Origin: Macrostomum lignano
Taxonomy: Eukaryota
Length of the DNA: 64,000 bases
Assembly (NCBI GenBank): GCA_002269645.1
Contig: NIVC01003638.1
Location: forward strand, 22,320 to 86,319
Direction of reading: 5' to 3'
Shown here: one piece after another, positions 48,519-61,292 of the stretch
How the letters are laid out: each line of letters starts with the position of its first letter
Numbering within the stretch: position 1 is the stretch's first letter
Position numbers and translations under genes: made by a program
The notes under the pieces: generated by a model
What the model was told of the DNA's origin: nothing
Databases searched by the model: none
What the model saw: the letters and a program-made list of their open reading frames with translations, nothing else

Positions 48519-51500
48519 TCAAATGAGGCGCTCCTCAGTGGGCGGCCTGAGCCCTGACAGGGTAGCAGTTTTATTACCGTGATTGGTCTCCTCCTTGGAT
48601 GGCCGGTATTGTCCGGTCTCGGAGCGCCGGTTGCGTGCGAGTTTGATCAGCACAACAGCAACTAGAATTGCGGCGGTAGTTCGGTTAAACAAAAAATAAT
48701 TAGTGGCTAAATATTTCATATTTATATGTAAAACAACAGCAACTAATTAACCAAATTTATTCTAAACCAAAAAGTAAAAAAGCAATAAGCATGCAATACA
48801 AATAAGCTTAACTGGTGCCTTCTTAACAGGTATCTGTCTCATGTCTAACAGGTATCTGTCTCATGTCTAACAGGTATCTGTCTCATGTCTAACAGATATC
48901 TGTCTCGTGTCTAACAGGTACCGTCTCATGTCTAACAGGTACCGTCTCATGTCTAACAGGTATCTGTCTCATGTCTAACAGGTACCGTCTCATGTCTAAC
49001 AGGTACCGTCTCATGTCTAACAGGTATCTGTCTCATGTCTAACAGGTATCTGTCTCATGTCTAACAGATATCTGTCTCGTGTCTAAAAGGTATCTGTCTC
49101 GTGTCTAAAAGGTATCTGTCTCATGTCTAACAGGTATCTATCTCATGTCTAACAGGTATGTCTCATGTCTAACAGGTATCTGTCTCATGTCTAACAGATA
49201 CCTGTCTCATGTCTAACAGGTATCTGTCTCGTGTCTAAAAGGTATCTGTCTCGTGTCTAGCAGGTATCTGTCTCATGTCTAACAGGTATCTATCTCATGT
49301 CTAACAGGTATGTCTCATGTCTAACAGGTATCTGTCTCATGTCTAACAGATACCTGTCTCATGTCTAACAGGTATCTGTCTCGTGTCAAACAGGTATCTG
49401 TCTCATGTCTAACAGGTATCTGTCTCGTGTCAAACAGGTATCTGTCTTATGTCTAACAGGTATCTGTCTCATGTCTAGCAGTTATGTCTCATGTCTAACA
49501 GGTATCTGTCTCGTGTCTAACAGGTATCTGTCTCGTGTCTAGCAGGTATCTGTCTCATGTCTAACAGGTATCTGTATCATGTCTAACAGGTACCGTCTCA
49601 TGTCTAACAGGTATCTGTCTCATGTCTAACAGGTACCGTCTTAACAATAGACATATCTGCCTCTTCGCGATACCTCTTACTTTCTACTGCTATGAGTAGA
49701 CACCGGCAAACATGCTAATAAAAAAGAGAACGGGGAATCACATCTACTAGGCCATAAACCAGCCAGCTACTCACTAATGACAACAACAAGCAGCAGCGCC
49801 AGGACGCTCAGCGCCACCACCACCGGGTGGAGACGCCGGCCACAGCCGGGGCGCAGGGCACGACGCTGCAGTCGGCGCTGCCGCAGGCGGCACCAGAGAA
49901 GCCGGGCCGGCAGACGCACTCTCGATAGTTCCACAGATCCACGCAGCGGCCGGAGTTTAAACAGGCTGTCAGTGGCTTGAGTTCACACACCGGGTCGCCA
50001 TGGCAACCAATCAGGGGTGGCTGAGGCGCGCTCCCATTGGCTGGCCAATCAACGTAGCGGACGAAGCCGGGCTCTCCGGCTGGCTGCGACCAATCAGAGA
50101 GCGGCAGCAGCCGGCCGTTCAGTCTGACTTCGTCTAGGCAGCCCTTGAATCCGTCGCCAACCGTTGCTATGGCAACGGAATCAAGCGTCAGACTGGCATT
50201 TGGCAAACTCTCCGAGCTTTCCGCCAGCCACAACTTTGAGTCATTGCTCAGGCTGGTCACCTGCAGCTCTAGCGGGTTGTTCGGTTCGGTGGTTACGTTA
50301 AATCGATAAAATTCTCCGGTTGCTAAGGACGCCACAGTTGTAGCCGTTCGGTTGTCAAGGCTGGCCGTCAGCTGGCCGGTCGGCGTCAGGGCGATGCTCA
50401 GCAGGCGGTCGGCCCGCCTGATGGACAGGAGAGTCGGGGCCCGGCCGCTGCCATCGCTGCTGCTATTTGACGCAGAACTCAACGCCTGTCGAGTGCGCAC
50501 CAAGCCGACAATGGCTGTCAGCGGCTCGTCGAGGCTGTCAGAGGGCGACAGGCGCCACGCGGACGACGAAGGCGAGGGCGAGGCTTGGCTGTAGCTGAAA
50601 GTGGCGGCAGCGCGACCTGCGAATGATGGAATTGATAGCGAGAGAGAATAGAGAGAACAGTAAGAGACTAGAGGTGTTTCTATATTTAGCTCAGGGCTAA
50701 GACCACGCTGTGTATTATGTAACTGACTTCAGAGAAATCTCCACAAACAGCTGCGTACTAACCGCCGCCAACTATGCTTAACTTTTGTAGATGCCAACGG
50801 CCTCCCTCGAGGCTACGATGCAAAAGTTGTATCGTAATAAATAATACCAATTGATTACCCCTGCTCTAATGTGCAGATATGCAACCGACAGCTCAGCCGC
50901 AGCTATTGCGCGGCGCATCTGAAGGCTGCGTACAATTAGCCCAGCTAATCCTGGCACCCATTTCACAGCTGGGTGAACCGAAGTGTCTTGCTCAAGGACA
51001 CAAATTGTTCCGAGGGTGCCCGAGAATCGAACCCCTGACCTTTCAGTCGTGAGTCCGACGTTCTAAGCAGCAGGCTACAACCCCTATTGTGGCCTTTTGT
51101 ATCTTAAGTAAAAACACTTGCAGTAGCAGATAGAATGTATGTTTTCGTTATTTTTTGTTAAGGTATTTTTCCCCTGTATTGCTACTATAAGTAAAGCAGT
51201 TAATGAAGTTTATTATAGGTAATTTCAAACGTTCAATATTCTATTATTTCTACTGTAAGTAAAGTATTACCGAAAATGCGATAATACTGGTCAAATTCGC
51301 TAGCATTTCTGCTCAACACAGTCTCCAGATGCAAGCTTATCATATTTAATTCAAACAGCGACCACAGGCTCCAGGTACAGGACAGCAGAGCCCTACTAAT
51401 CAATTAGTCATGAATAGCCGAGCTTTGAGAGAGGAAATTACTGAGCACTTCCCCATTTCTCCCGTCTTTTGTCTCCCTAACCTATTCTTAGAAACGCTTC

Positions 51501-54500
51501 TCTTCAATCAATCAAAAAGGGGAATTTAATCCCTCCACTTCCTAATCCGTTTCGTTGGGTTGGCAACTCTTCGTGACAGTGTGTGAATAATGAGGTTTCT
51601 TAACACTTGGGCCTGCACTTTTTAATATCCGTCAACAAACTCCCTGCCACTAATATTTCCCAAGCCTGAACTACTATTAGTAGGGTAAAAGCATATCTAC
51701 TTAGCTGTCTGCCCGATTACAGAAGCTTCAAATAATCGCAACAGATTTGATAGGAAAGTTAACCATGAGTGAAAAATTTTTCGAATTATCGTACGAACAT
51801 ATTGTACTAGTAACCTAAAGTGCACTTTAGAATCCTACAGACTAGTACATATGCTCTTTAATATCGTCGTAAAGATTAATCAGACAGGTAGCCATGCAGC
51901 TCGGACACTCTCGCTAGGTTTCCAGTTAGAACCGAAACGACAATAAAGTACAAGCTGCACTTACACTCGAACGTGCGCGGCGTCAGATTGACGCAGGCGC
52001 TGCCGTTGGGACACGAGCGCCTGGTGCAGAAGTCGATGGCGCTGCAGTTGGCGCCTATCCAGCCGGAGGCGCAGCTGCAGCTAAAAAAATGCGCAAAAAA
52101 TTTCATGTTAAAATCATTTTTAGTTCTAAACCCCCCAAATCCGAAACCCCCAAATCCGAAACCCCCACAAATCCGAAACCCCCAAATCCGAAACCCCCAA
52201 ATCCAAAACCCCCACAAATCCAAACCCCCCAAATCCGAAACCCCCAAATCCGAAACCCCCACAAATCCGAAACCCCCAAATCCGAAACCCCCAAATCCAA
52301 AACCCCCACAAATCCAAAACCCCCACAAATCCAAACCCCCCAAATCCGAAACCCCCAAATCCAAAACCCCCACAAATCCAAAACCCCCACAAATCCAAAA
52401 CCCCACAAATCCAAACCCCCCAAATCCGAAACCCCCAAATCCAAAACCCCCACAAATCCAAAACCCCCACAAATCCAAAACCCCCACAAAATCCAAAACC
52501 CCCACAAATCCAAAACCCCCACAAATCCAAAACCCCCACAAATCCGAAACCCCCACAAATCCAAAACCCCCACAAATCCAAAACCCCCACAAATCCAAAA
52601 CCCCCACAAATCCAAAACCCCCACAAATCCAAAACCCCCACAAATCCGAAACCCCCAAATCCAAAACCCCACAAATCCAAAACCCCACAAATCCAAAACC
52701 CCACAAATCCAAAACCCCCACAAATCCAAAACCCCCACAAATCCGAAACCCCCACAAATCCAAAACCCCCACAAATCCAAAACCCCCACAAATCCGAAAC
52801 CCCCACAAATCCAAAACCCCCACAAATCCAAAACCCCCACAAATCCGAAACCCCCACAAATCCAAAACCCCCACAAATCCAAAACCCCCCAAATCCAAAA
52901 CCCCAAAAATTCCAAAACCCCAAATCCGAAACCCCCAAATCCGAAACCCCCCAAAATCCAAACCCCCCAAATCCGAAACCCCCAAATCCAAAACCCCCAC
53001 AAATCCAAAACCCCCACAAATCCAAACCCCCAAATCCGAAACCCCAAATCCAAAACCCCCACAAATCCAAAACCCCCACAAATCCAAAACCCCCACAAAT
53101 CCAAACCCCCCAAATCCGAAACCCCCAAATCCAAAACCCCCACAAATCCAAAACCCCCACAAATCCAAAACCCCACAAATCCAAAACCCCACAAATCCAA
53201 AACCCCACAAATCCGAAACCCCCACAAATCCAAAACCCCCACAAATCCGAAACCCCCCCAAATCCAAAACCCCCACAAATCCGAAACCCCCAAATCCAAA
53301 ACCCCACACAAATCCGAAACCCCCCAAATCCAAAACCCCCACAAATCCGAAACCCCCCAAATCCAAACCCCCAAATCCAAACCCCCAAATCCAAAACCCC
53401 CACAAATCCGAAACCCCCCAAATCCAAAACCCCCACAAATCCAAAACCCCCACAAATCCAAACCCCCAAATCCAAACCCCCAAATCCAAAACCCCAAATC
53501 CAAAACCCCCACAAATCCAAACCCCCACAAATCCAAACCCCCAAATCCAAAACCCCAAATCCAAAACCCACACAAATCCAAAACCCCACAAATCCAAAAC
53601 CCCCACAAATCCAAAACCCCAAATCCAAAACCCCCACAAATCCAAAACCCCTAAAATTCCAAAACCCCAAATCCAAAACCCCTAAAATTCCAAAACCCAA
53701 ATCCAAAACCCCCACAAATCCGAAACCCCCCAAATCCAAAACCCCTAAAATTCCAAAACCCCAAATCCAAAACCCCCACAAATCCAAAACCCCAAATCCA
53801 AAACCCCCACAAATCCGAAACCCCCCAAATCCAAAACCCCTAAAATTCCAAAAGCCCAAATGCAAAACCCCAACTCCAACTTGGGGTTACAAAGCCCCAA
53901 CTCTAAACTTTCAACTAATCTGAACACCGACTACTTTCCAAAACTCCCAGTAGCCGAAGAAGGCAACTCACGTGGAGTTGCTATCCACGCATCTGTCCCG
54001 CACCGAGCACACGCTGGAGTTGCAGTCGTCAATGTCCACGCTGCAGTTGCGGCCCTCCCAGCCCTGGTAGCAGGAGCAGCTGTAGTTGTTCAGCAAGTCC
54101 CGGCAGATCCCGTTCACACAGGGCTTCGACGAGCATTCGTTGATGTCTTTGTCGCATCGAACGCCTGCAGCATGTTTTGTAGTGACATTGTAACATATGA
54201 GTAGTGACGTTCCGGATACAGCTTTGGGAACAGACACTCAAGATCCTATATGCTAAAAATTCCAATCTAACAGACACTCAAGATCCCATCTAACAGACAC
54301 TCAAGATCCCATCTAACAGACACTCAAGATCACATCTAACAGACACTCAAGATCCCATCTAACAGACACTCAAGATCCCATCTAACAGACACCCAAGATC
54401 CCATCTAAAAGACACTCAAGATCCCATCTAACAGACACTCAAGATCACATCTAACAGACACCCAAGATCACATCTAAAAGACACTCAAGATCCCATCTAA

Positions 54501-57500
54501 CAGACACTCAAGATCCCATCTAACAGACACTCAAGATCCCATCTAACAGACACTCAAGATCCCATCTAACAGACACTCAAGATCACATCTAACAGACACT
54601 CAAGATCACATCTAACAGACACTCAAGATCCCATCTAACAGACACTCAAGATCCCATCTAACAGACACTCAAGATCACATCTAACAGACACTCAAGATCC
54701 CATCTAACAGACACCCAAGATCCCATCTAACAGACACCCAAGATCCCATCTAACAGACACCCAAGATCCCATCTAACAGACACTCAAGATCCATCTAACA
54801 GACACCCAAGATCCCATCTAACAGACACTCAAGATCCCATCTAACAGACACCCAAGATCCCATCTAACAGACACCCAAGACCCAATGGACTACCAGAAGC
54901 AGAAAATACTTGACTGGTTGATTGACGCTTTTTTCCAACACTGCTGTGCAGCAATTTTGAACCGCATGGTTCCTAGTGGCTTAAAAAAGCAGATCAATAG
55001 ACTCAAGTGTATTCCAGCATTGCCAGGCTACTCACACGACAGCCGCATACACAATGCTTTCTCAACTGAGCCCACAATGCGTTACTTTGTTTCCCAGGCT
55101 TTAAGCCAAAAGAGTAGGGTAAACGGCCGGAGTAAATATATCACTAACAACGCCTCGTCACCTTGTTAGCGATTGCCCGCGCCGACTAGCGATCTCAAAG
55201 CCTCTACAAAGCAACTCAAAATCACGGCAGCAGACCTTCGTTATTGCACGCGACGCCGCCCTGAAGCACTTGTCAGAAAATGTTTTAGTATGCTAGAAAA
55301 CTACTTGAAACTAACAATTCTACTCGTATTTTATTGACACGCTTTGCTCCGCTTCCAGCTGTTGTTGGAATGAAAGAACTTATACTCGTAGTTAGCTTAA
55401 GTTTTGCTATTTTTTTAACAAGCTGGCCACATGGGCGAGGCTGCGCAAAAAGCTACACGCACTCGTGCCATGGCACAAATAGCATAGCAACAATGCCCCA
55501 GCATCGTATGAAAGATTCTTTTGATTGCAAGCTGAATAACTTTTAAGATACATTAACTCTTAAGCCTTACTCTTAACTTCTAAGACTCGACTCAAGATCT
55601 CACCTAACAGACAATCAAGATCCCATCTAACAGACTGAATATCCCATCTAACAGACTCAAGATCCCATTTAACAGACTCAAGATCCCATCTAACAGACTC
55701 AAGATCCCATCTAACAGACTCAAGATCCCACCTAACAGACTCAAGATCCCATCTAACAGACTCAAGATCCCATCTAACAGACTCAAGATCCCATCTAACA
55801 GACTCAAGATCCCATCTAACAGACTCAAGATCCCATCTAACAGACTCAAGATCCCATTTAACAGACTCAAGATGCCATCTAACAGACACAAGATCCCATC
55901 TAACAGACACTCAAGATCCCATCTAACGGACTCAAGATCCCATCTAACAGACTCAAGATCCCATCTAACAGACTCAAGATCCCATCTAACAGACTCAAGA
56001 TCCCATCTAACGGACTCAAGATCCCATCTAACAGACTCAAGATCCCATCTAACGGACTCAAGATCCCATCTAACAGACTCAAGATACCATCTAACAGACT
56101 CAAGATCCCATTTAACAGACTCAAGATCCCATCTAACAGACTCAAGATCCCATTTAACAGACACAAGATCCCATCTAATAGACAATCAAGATCCCATCTA
56201 ACAGACACCCAAGATCCCATCTAACAGACACAAGATCCCATTTAACAGACACAAGATCCCATCTAATAGACAATCAAGATCCCATCTAACAGACACCCAA
56301 GATCCCATCTAACAGACACAAGATGCCATCTAACAGACACTCAAGATCCCATCTAACAGACACAAGATCCCATCTAACAGACACAAGATCCCATCTAACA
56401 GACACAAGATCCCATCTAACAGACAATCAAGATCCCATCTAACAGACTCAAGATCCCATTAAACAGACTCAAGATCCCATCTAACAGACACAAGATGCCA
56501 TCTAACAGACACTCAAGATCCCATCTAACAGACAAGCAAGATCCCATCTAACAGACAATCAAGATCCCATCTAACAGACTGAAGATCCCATCTAACAGAC
56601 TCAAGATCTCACCTAACAGACAAGCAAGATCCCATCTAACAGACAATCAAGATCCCATCTAACAGACTGAAGATCCCATCTAACAGACTCAAGATGCCAT
56701 CTCCATCAACCGAACTGACCCTCAAACCCGGGCGAGCAGCTGCAGTTGAAGTAAGGCGGCTCAAGGGACACCCCCAGACAGGTGCCGTTGATGCACACAG
56801 GCAGGCTGGTGATGTTGAGGTCCGGCTGCAGCTGGCTGCAGTAGTTTGACGCGGTGGAACAGTAGGGCGGGATGTAGGGCAGCGGGCAGATGCACGGCGG
56901 CGAGGCCGTGATATTGTTGCAGATGCCGCCGTTTTTGCAGTCGGTCGGGGTGCATGTGGTTGCGCGCCTGACGCGGGAAAGGGCGCCGAGTTGTTGCGAG
57001 TCTGCTGTGGCGCGATTAGGGAGACGACTGTACTGTATTACTGTCTCACAGGAACTTAAGTGCAACTCCCTGGCTTCTGTAATCGCCTTCTATTTCCTCT
57101 CAAATCTAATCTCTCTCTGTCTAGTCTAATCTCCATCCTCTCAAATCTAATCTCTCTCTGTCTAATCTAATCTCCATCCTCTCAAATCTAATCTCTCTCT
57201 GTCTAGTCTAATCTCCATCCTCTCAAATCTAATCTCTCTCTGTCTAATCTAATCTCTCCCTGTCTAATCTAATTCCCTTCCATCCTCTCAAATCTAATCT
57301 CTCCCTGTCTAATCTAATTCCCTTCCATCCTCTCAAATCTAACCTCTCCCTGTCTAATTTAATCTCCATTCTCTCAAATCTAATCTCTCCTTGTCTAATC
57401 TAATTCCCTTCCATCCTCTCAAATCTAACCTCTCCCTGTCTAATCTAATCTCCATTCTCTCAAATCTAATCTCTCCTTGTCTAATCTAATTCCCTTCCAT

Positions 57501-58452
57501 CCTCTCAAATCTAATCTCTCCCTGTCTAATCTAACCTCCCTTCATCCTCTCAAATCGAATCTCTCCCTGTCAAATCCAATCTCCATTCTCTCAAATCTAA
57601 TCTGTCCCTGTCTAATCTAATCTCTTTTCATCTTCTCAAATCTAATCTCACCCTGGCTACTTTTATCTCCCTCAATCCTTTTGATTCGACTGTCTGTGTC
57701 TTATCTAACCCTTATTTTATCGAATATAATCTATCATCTATATAATCTGCTCTCATAGTACTCCTTTTCAAATTCTTCCTTCACTCATTCCCCTCTGTAT
57801 TCTCGTCTCACCCTCCGCACAGTCTCCTACGCCTCTGATCTCCCCTCTCATTTATTCTCACATCCGGCGCAGCCGCTGGCCGACCAGTTGTTGAAGCAGT
57901 GCCGGCCTCCGCCCGCCTCGTCCCGGACGCAGCCATCAAAGGCGGACACAGCCAGGAGGTGCGCCGAACCGTCCGCCAAGCCGTCACTGTCAGCGCCGGG
58001 GCTGGTCTCGAACCGGCAAACACCTTCTCCCAGACTAGCATTGACAGCGCGCGACACTTCAACTTTAATGAGAATATTATCACCGCGACCGGACACCAAA
58101 GTGGACAGCTGAAGGTCGCCCACCGGATTCGAAGCCCTCCCAGCAGTGCGCAGTTCGCAGGCCTGCACCCGGCCGAGCTGGGGCTGGCTGAACAGCACCG
58201 TGTGACCATCGCCATCCGCAGTAGACACCGGTTGCCAGGCAACAGAAAAGGCCGCCCGGCCAAGAGTTGGAGCTGTTAGGAGAGATAGCCCAAGTCCTCG
58301 ATTCCTGCTGCTCTGACAGGCTGTGAATTTGAGACTGGTGTCGTTGTCCATGGAACCATGATAGCGTCCTTGTCGTGCGGAGCTGCAAAAGCCGCTGCCG
58401 TTGCCGTGGACGCCGCCGTCAGGGCGGTAAAAAATAGCAACCAGACAAGCAT
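48519..58452 (-). CDS. crb: Crumbs-family apical polarity transmembrane protein (signal peptide, LamG-like, 5 EGF, LamG, EGF, TM, FERM- and PDZ-binding tail), 6 exons, ~723 aa; two apparent 1-nt deletions
   Basis: Exons (minus) 58452-57862, 57004-56720, 54164-53972, 52080-51965, 50616-49775, 48661-48519, all GT-AG. Phases are compatible once one base is restored at ~58388 and one at ~49850. Calcium-binding EGF DINECSSKPCVNGICRDLLNNYSCSC; LamG end GFKGCLDEVRLNG; TM VVVALSVLALLLVVVIIAVVLI; tail GQYRPSKEE...RPPTEERLI* matches the Crumbs GxY and ERLI motifs. Confidence 0.9.
48825..49640. repeat. Minisatellite, 22-nt unit ATGTCTAACAGGTATCTGTCTC, crumbs intron 5
   Basis: Visible tandem array. Confidence 0.95.
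50775..51085 (-). mobile_element. tRNA-derived SINE with CORE-like conserved central box, in crumbs intron 4
   Basis: Minus strand reads GGGGTTGTAGCCTGCTGCTTAGAACGTCGGACTCACGACTGAAAGGTCAGGGGTTCGATTCTCGG: an A-box-like element and a B-box GGTTCGATTCT at 51033-51023. This is followed by TGTGTCCTTGAGCAAGACACTT (51002-50981) and CACCCAGCTGTGAAATGGGTGCC, which resemble conserved SINE central domains. The acceptor and anticodon stems are degenerate, so it is not a functional tRNA. The 3' end is approximate. Confidence 0.75.
52128..53860. repeat. C/A-rich minisatellite, ~15-17-nt unit AAATCC(A/G)AAACCCCC(AC), crumbs intron 3
   Basis: 1.7-kb array, G/T-rich on the transcribed (minus) strand. Confidence 0.96.
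54228..54884. repeat. Minisatellite, 23-nt unit CATCTAACAGACAC(T/C)CAAGATC(C/A), crumbs intron 2
   Basis: Visible tandem array. Confidence 0.95.
55588..56700. repeat. Minisatellite, 21-23-nt unit CATCTAACAGAC(AC)TCAAGATCC, crumbs intron 2 (same family as 54228-54884)
   Basis: Visible tandem array ending ~20 nt from the exon 2 donor. Confidence 0.95.
57095..57655. repeat. Degenerate ~40-nt CT-rich minisatellite TCTCAAATCTAATCTCTCCCTGTCTAATCTAATCTCCATCC, crumbs intron 1
   Basis: Visible tandem array built from TCTAA sub-repeats. Confidence 0.9.
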
Positions 58453-58514
58453 CGATGCACTTTTACGGTTAGTGTTGCCCGATCGAAAACGCCTTGCTTG
58501 ATGAAAATGAAGGG

Positions 58515-58523
58515 TTTTATATA
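58515..58523 (-). promoter_or_regulatory. Candidate TATA box of the crumbs-like gene
   Basis: TATATAAAA on the minus strand 63 nt upstream of the signal-peptide ATG at 58452. Confidence 0.4.
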
Positions 58524-60193
58524 AGGGAAGGCAGCCTTCGTCTTCAGTAGCGCGCCTGCCCCATCTGGTTGGTCAGGGCTGCAGCGGCGAATAGTGCGTG
58601 CGTGCTCATGCAACATTTTAATAACAAATCAATATATACACATGCTTGCATAAGATAATGCGTGACTTTGCACTACTGTCTACTTACGAAAGTAGAATAA
58701 TAGCTTAATTAAGCAGAAAACAAAAAGTAAACTTCCGAATAACGGTGCACGTGATTAGGCTCAGAAAGTGTTATAGATGAATATTGTATTTTTACGACAG
58801 ATTTTATTTTTTAACCAGAAAATAAAAACAAAAAACACGACAGAGTGAAATCAACGATTGTGATTACCGGAAAAACGCACATCTAATCGCTATAAATATT
58901 AATAAACGAGAAAAAGCAACCTTGCGAAGTACTGTAAATCCCTAACAGTTTAGCTAGCTTGGAAAGTGACGGTATCGCAAAGAAAAACAAAAGTAACAGG
59001 AATTTTTATAAGCGTCTGAAAACAGAAACAGGTTTTACTCGCGAGCTTATTAGTTGTACTTTTATGCCCCCACTTCTCACTGGTCCCTTTATCTGTCCAA
59101 TCAGCGCGCAGTCACTTCTCTGCCCACCCCTCCCTCCATTTTATTGCCTTACCCCCTCGCGCGCCCTGCTGGAGGGGGGGTAGAGGTGAAGCTTCTATGT
59201 ACATAATCCACCGGTTGAATGTACATTATTCCTGCACTGATAACAAACTGGACCACAAGCAATGTTCTTGCCCCCTATTATTGCCTCTCATGATCAAGAT
59301 GGCTGATTTATTCTTTACACACTATACTGAATAGAAAGCAGGAAAAGATTTAATTTTGCTTATATTTTAACTGGTTTTGAAGGTTTTCTCTTGGTCGAAC
59401 GATATAGTTAGAGCAAAAAATTGCGAAGACGCACAAAGCAACACGCGAGAGAATGGCTGAGACATTGCGGCTGGGACGGATACAAAAATGTTAAAATAAA
59501 ATAATATAATTTTGCGCAGCGCTGACTACTGAGCTTACTAAACACTAAAGCTGAGCTTACTAGCGAGTGCGGTGCACAACACTGCATTTTTTACTAAGAG
59601 ACGAAGAAAACAGAGAAAACACAGCCAAGTGTACAAGTGTGTAACACAGTTGCTTTAACACAAGTACTTTCTCTACTTAGTAATAAGATCTATTAAGACA
59701 AACTCTTAAGACTAAGTAAAAAGTACAAAAATCTAATTATTTTTCATGGAAAGAAACAGACAGATCAGATGTAAGTAGAATTGCTGTTGTATACACTTTA
59801 CTACTCACTGCATATGCATACCGATCTGCACATTATAACTGCATATTGTAAAGGCAGCACAACAGATAAGGAGACAATATTTAAAGATCGTAAAAGTAAC
59901 AATCCGACATTTGTTCTTTTAAAGTGCAAAATGTACTTTCTAATTAAGAAATGTCAAAGCAATTCATCAGAAGTGAAAAACGCACTTAAGAAAATTATGC
60001 ACTCGATAGAAATTCGAGGACAAATCTAAACAGAACCAAATGTTAGAAAATGAAGCGACTTGTAATTAATATATCAAATTACGGTTGTAATTCGCCTTTT
60101 AACTACTTATTACAGTAGTAGAAAGGTCAGCGCATTCAAACTCTAAAATTTTAGTTGTTAGTTGAAAATTTTTCCTGTCCCTCCAGCGTCGAC

Positions 60194-61292
<1,099 letters not shown>

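Noticed and set aside
51876-53865. Gly/Phe-rich (nucleoporin- or keratin-like) and Pro/Lys-rich (extensin-like) ORFs
   Set aside because: Artefacts of the C/A-rich intronic array; only 52080-51965 is a real EGF exon.
49845-58395. Programmed ribosomal frameshifting or transcriptional slippage as the explanation for the crumbs (and myosin) frame breaks
   Set aside because: No X XXY YYZ slippery heptamers, and the runs are only 2-4 nt; single-base deletions in homopolymers are the typical long-read consensus error.
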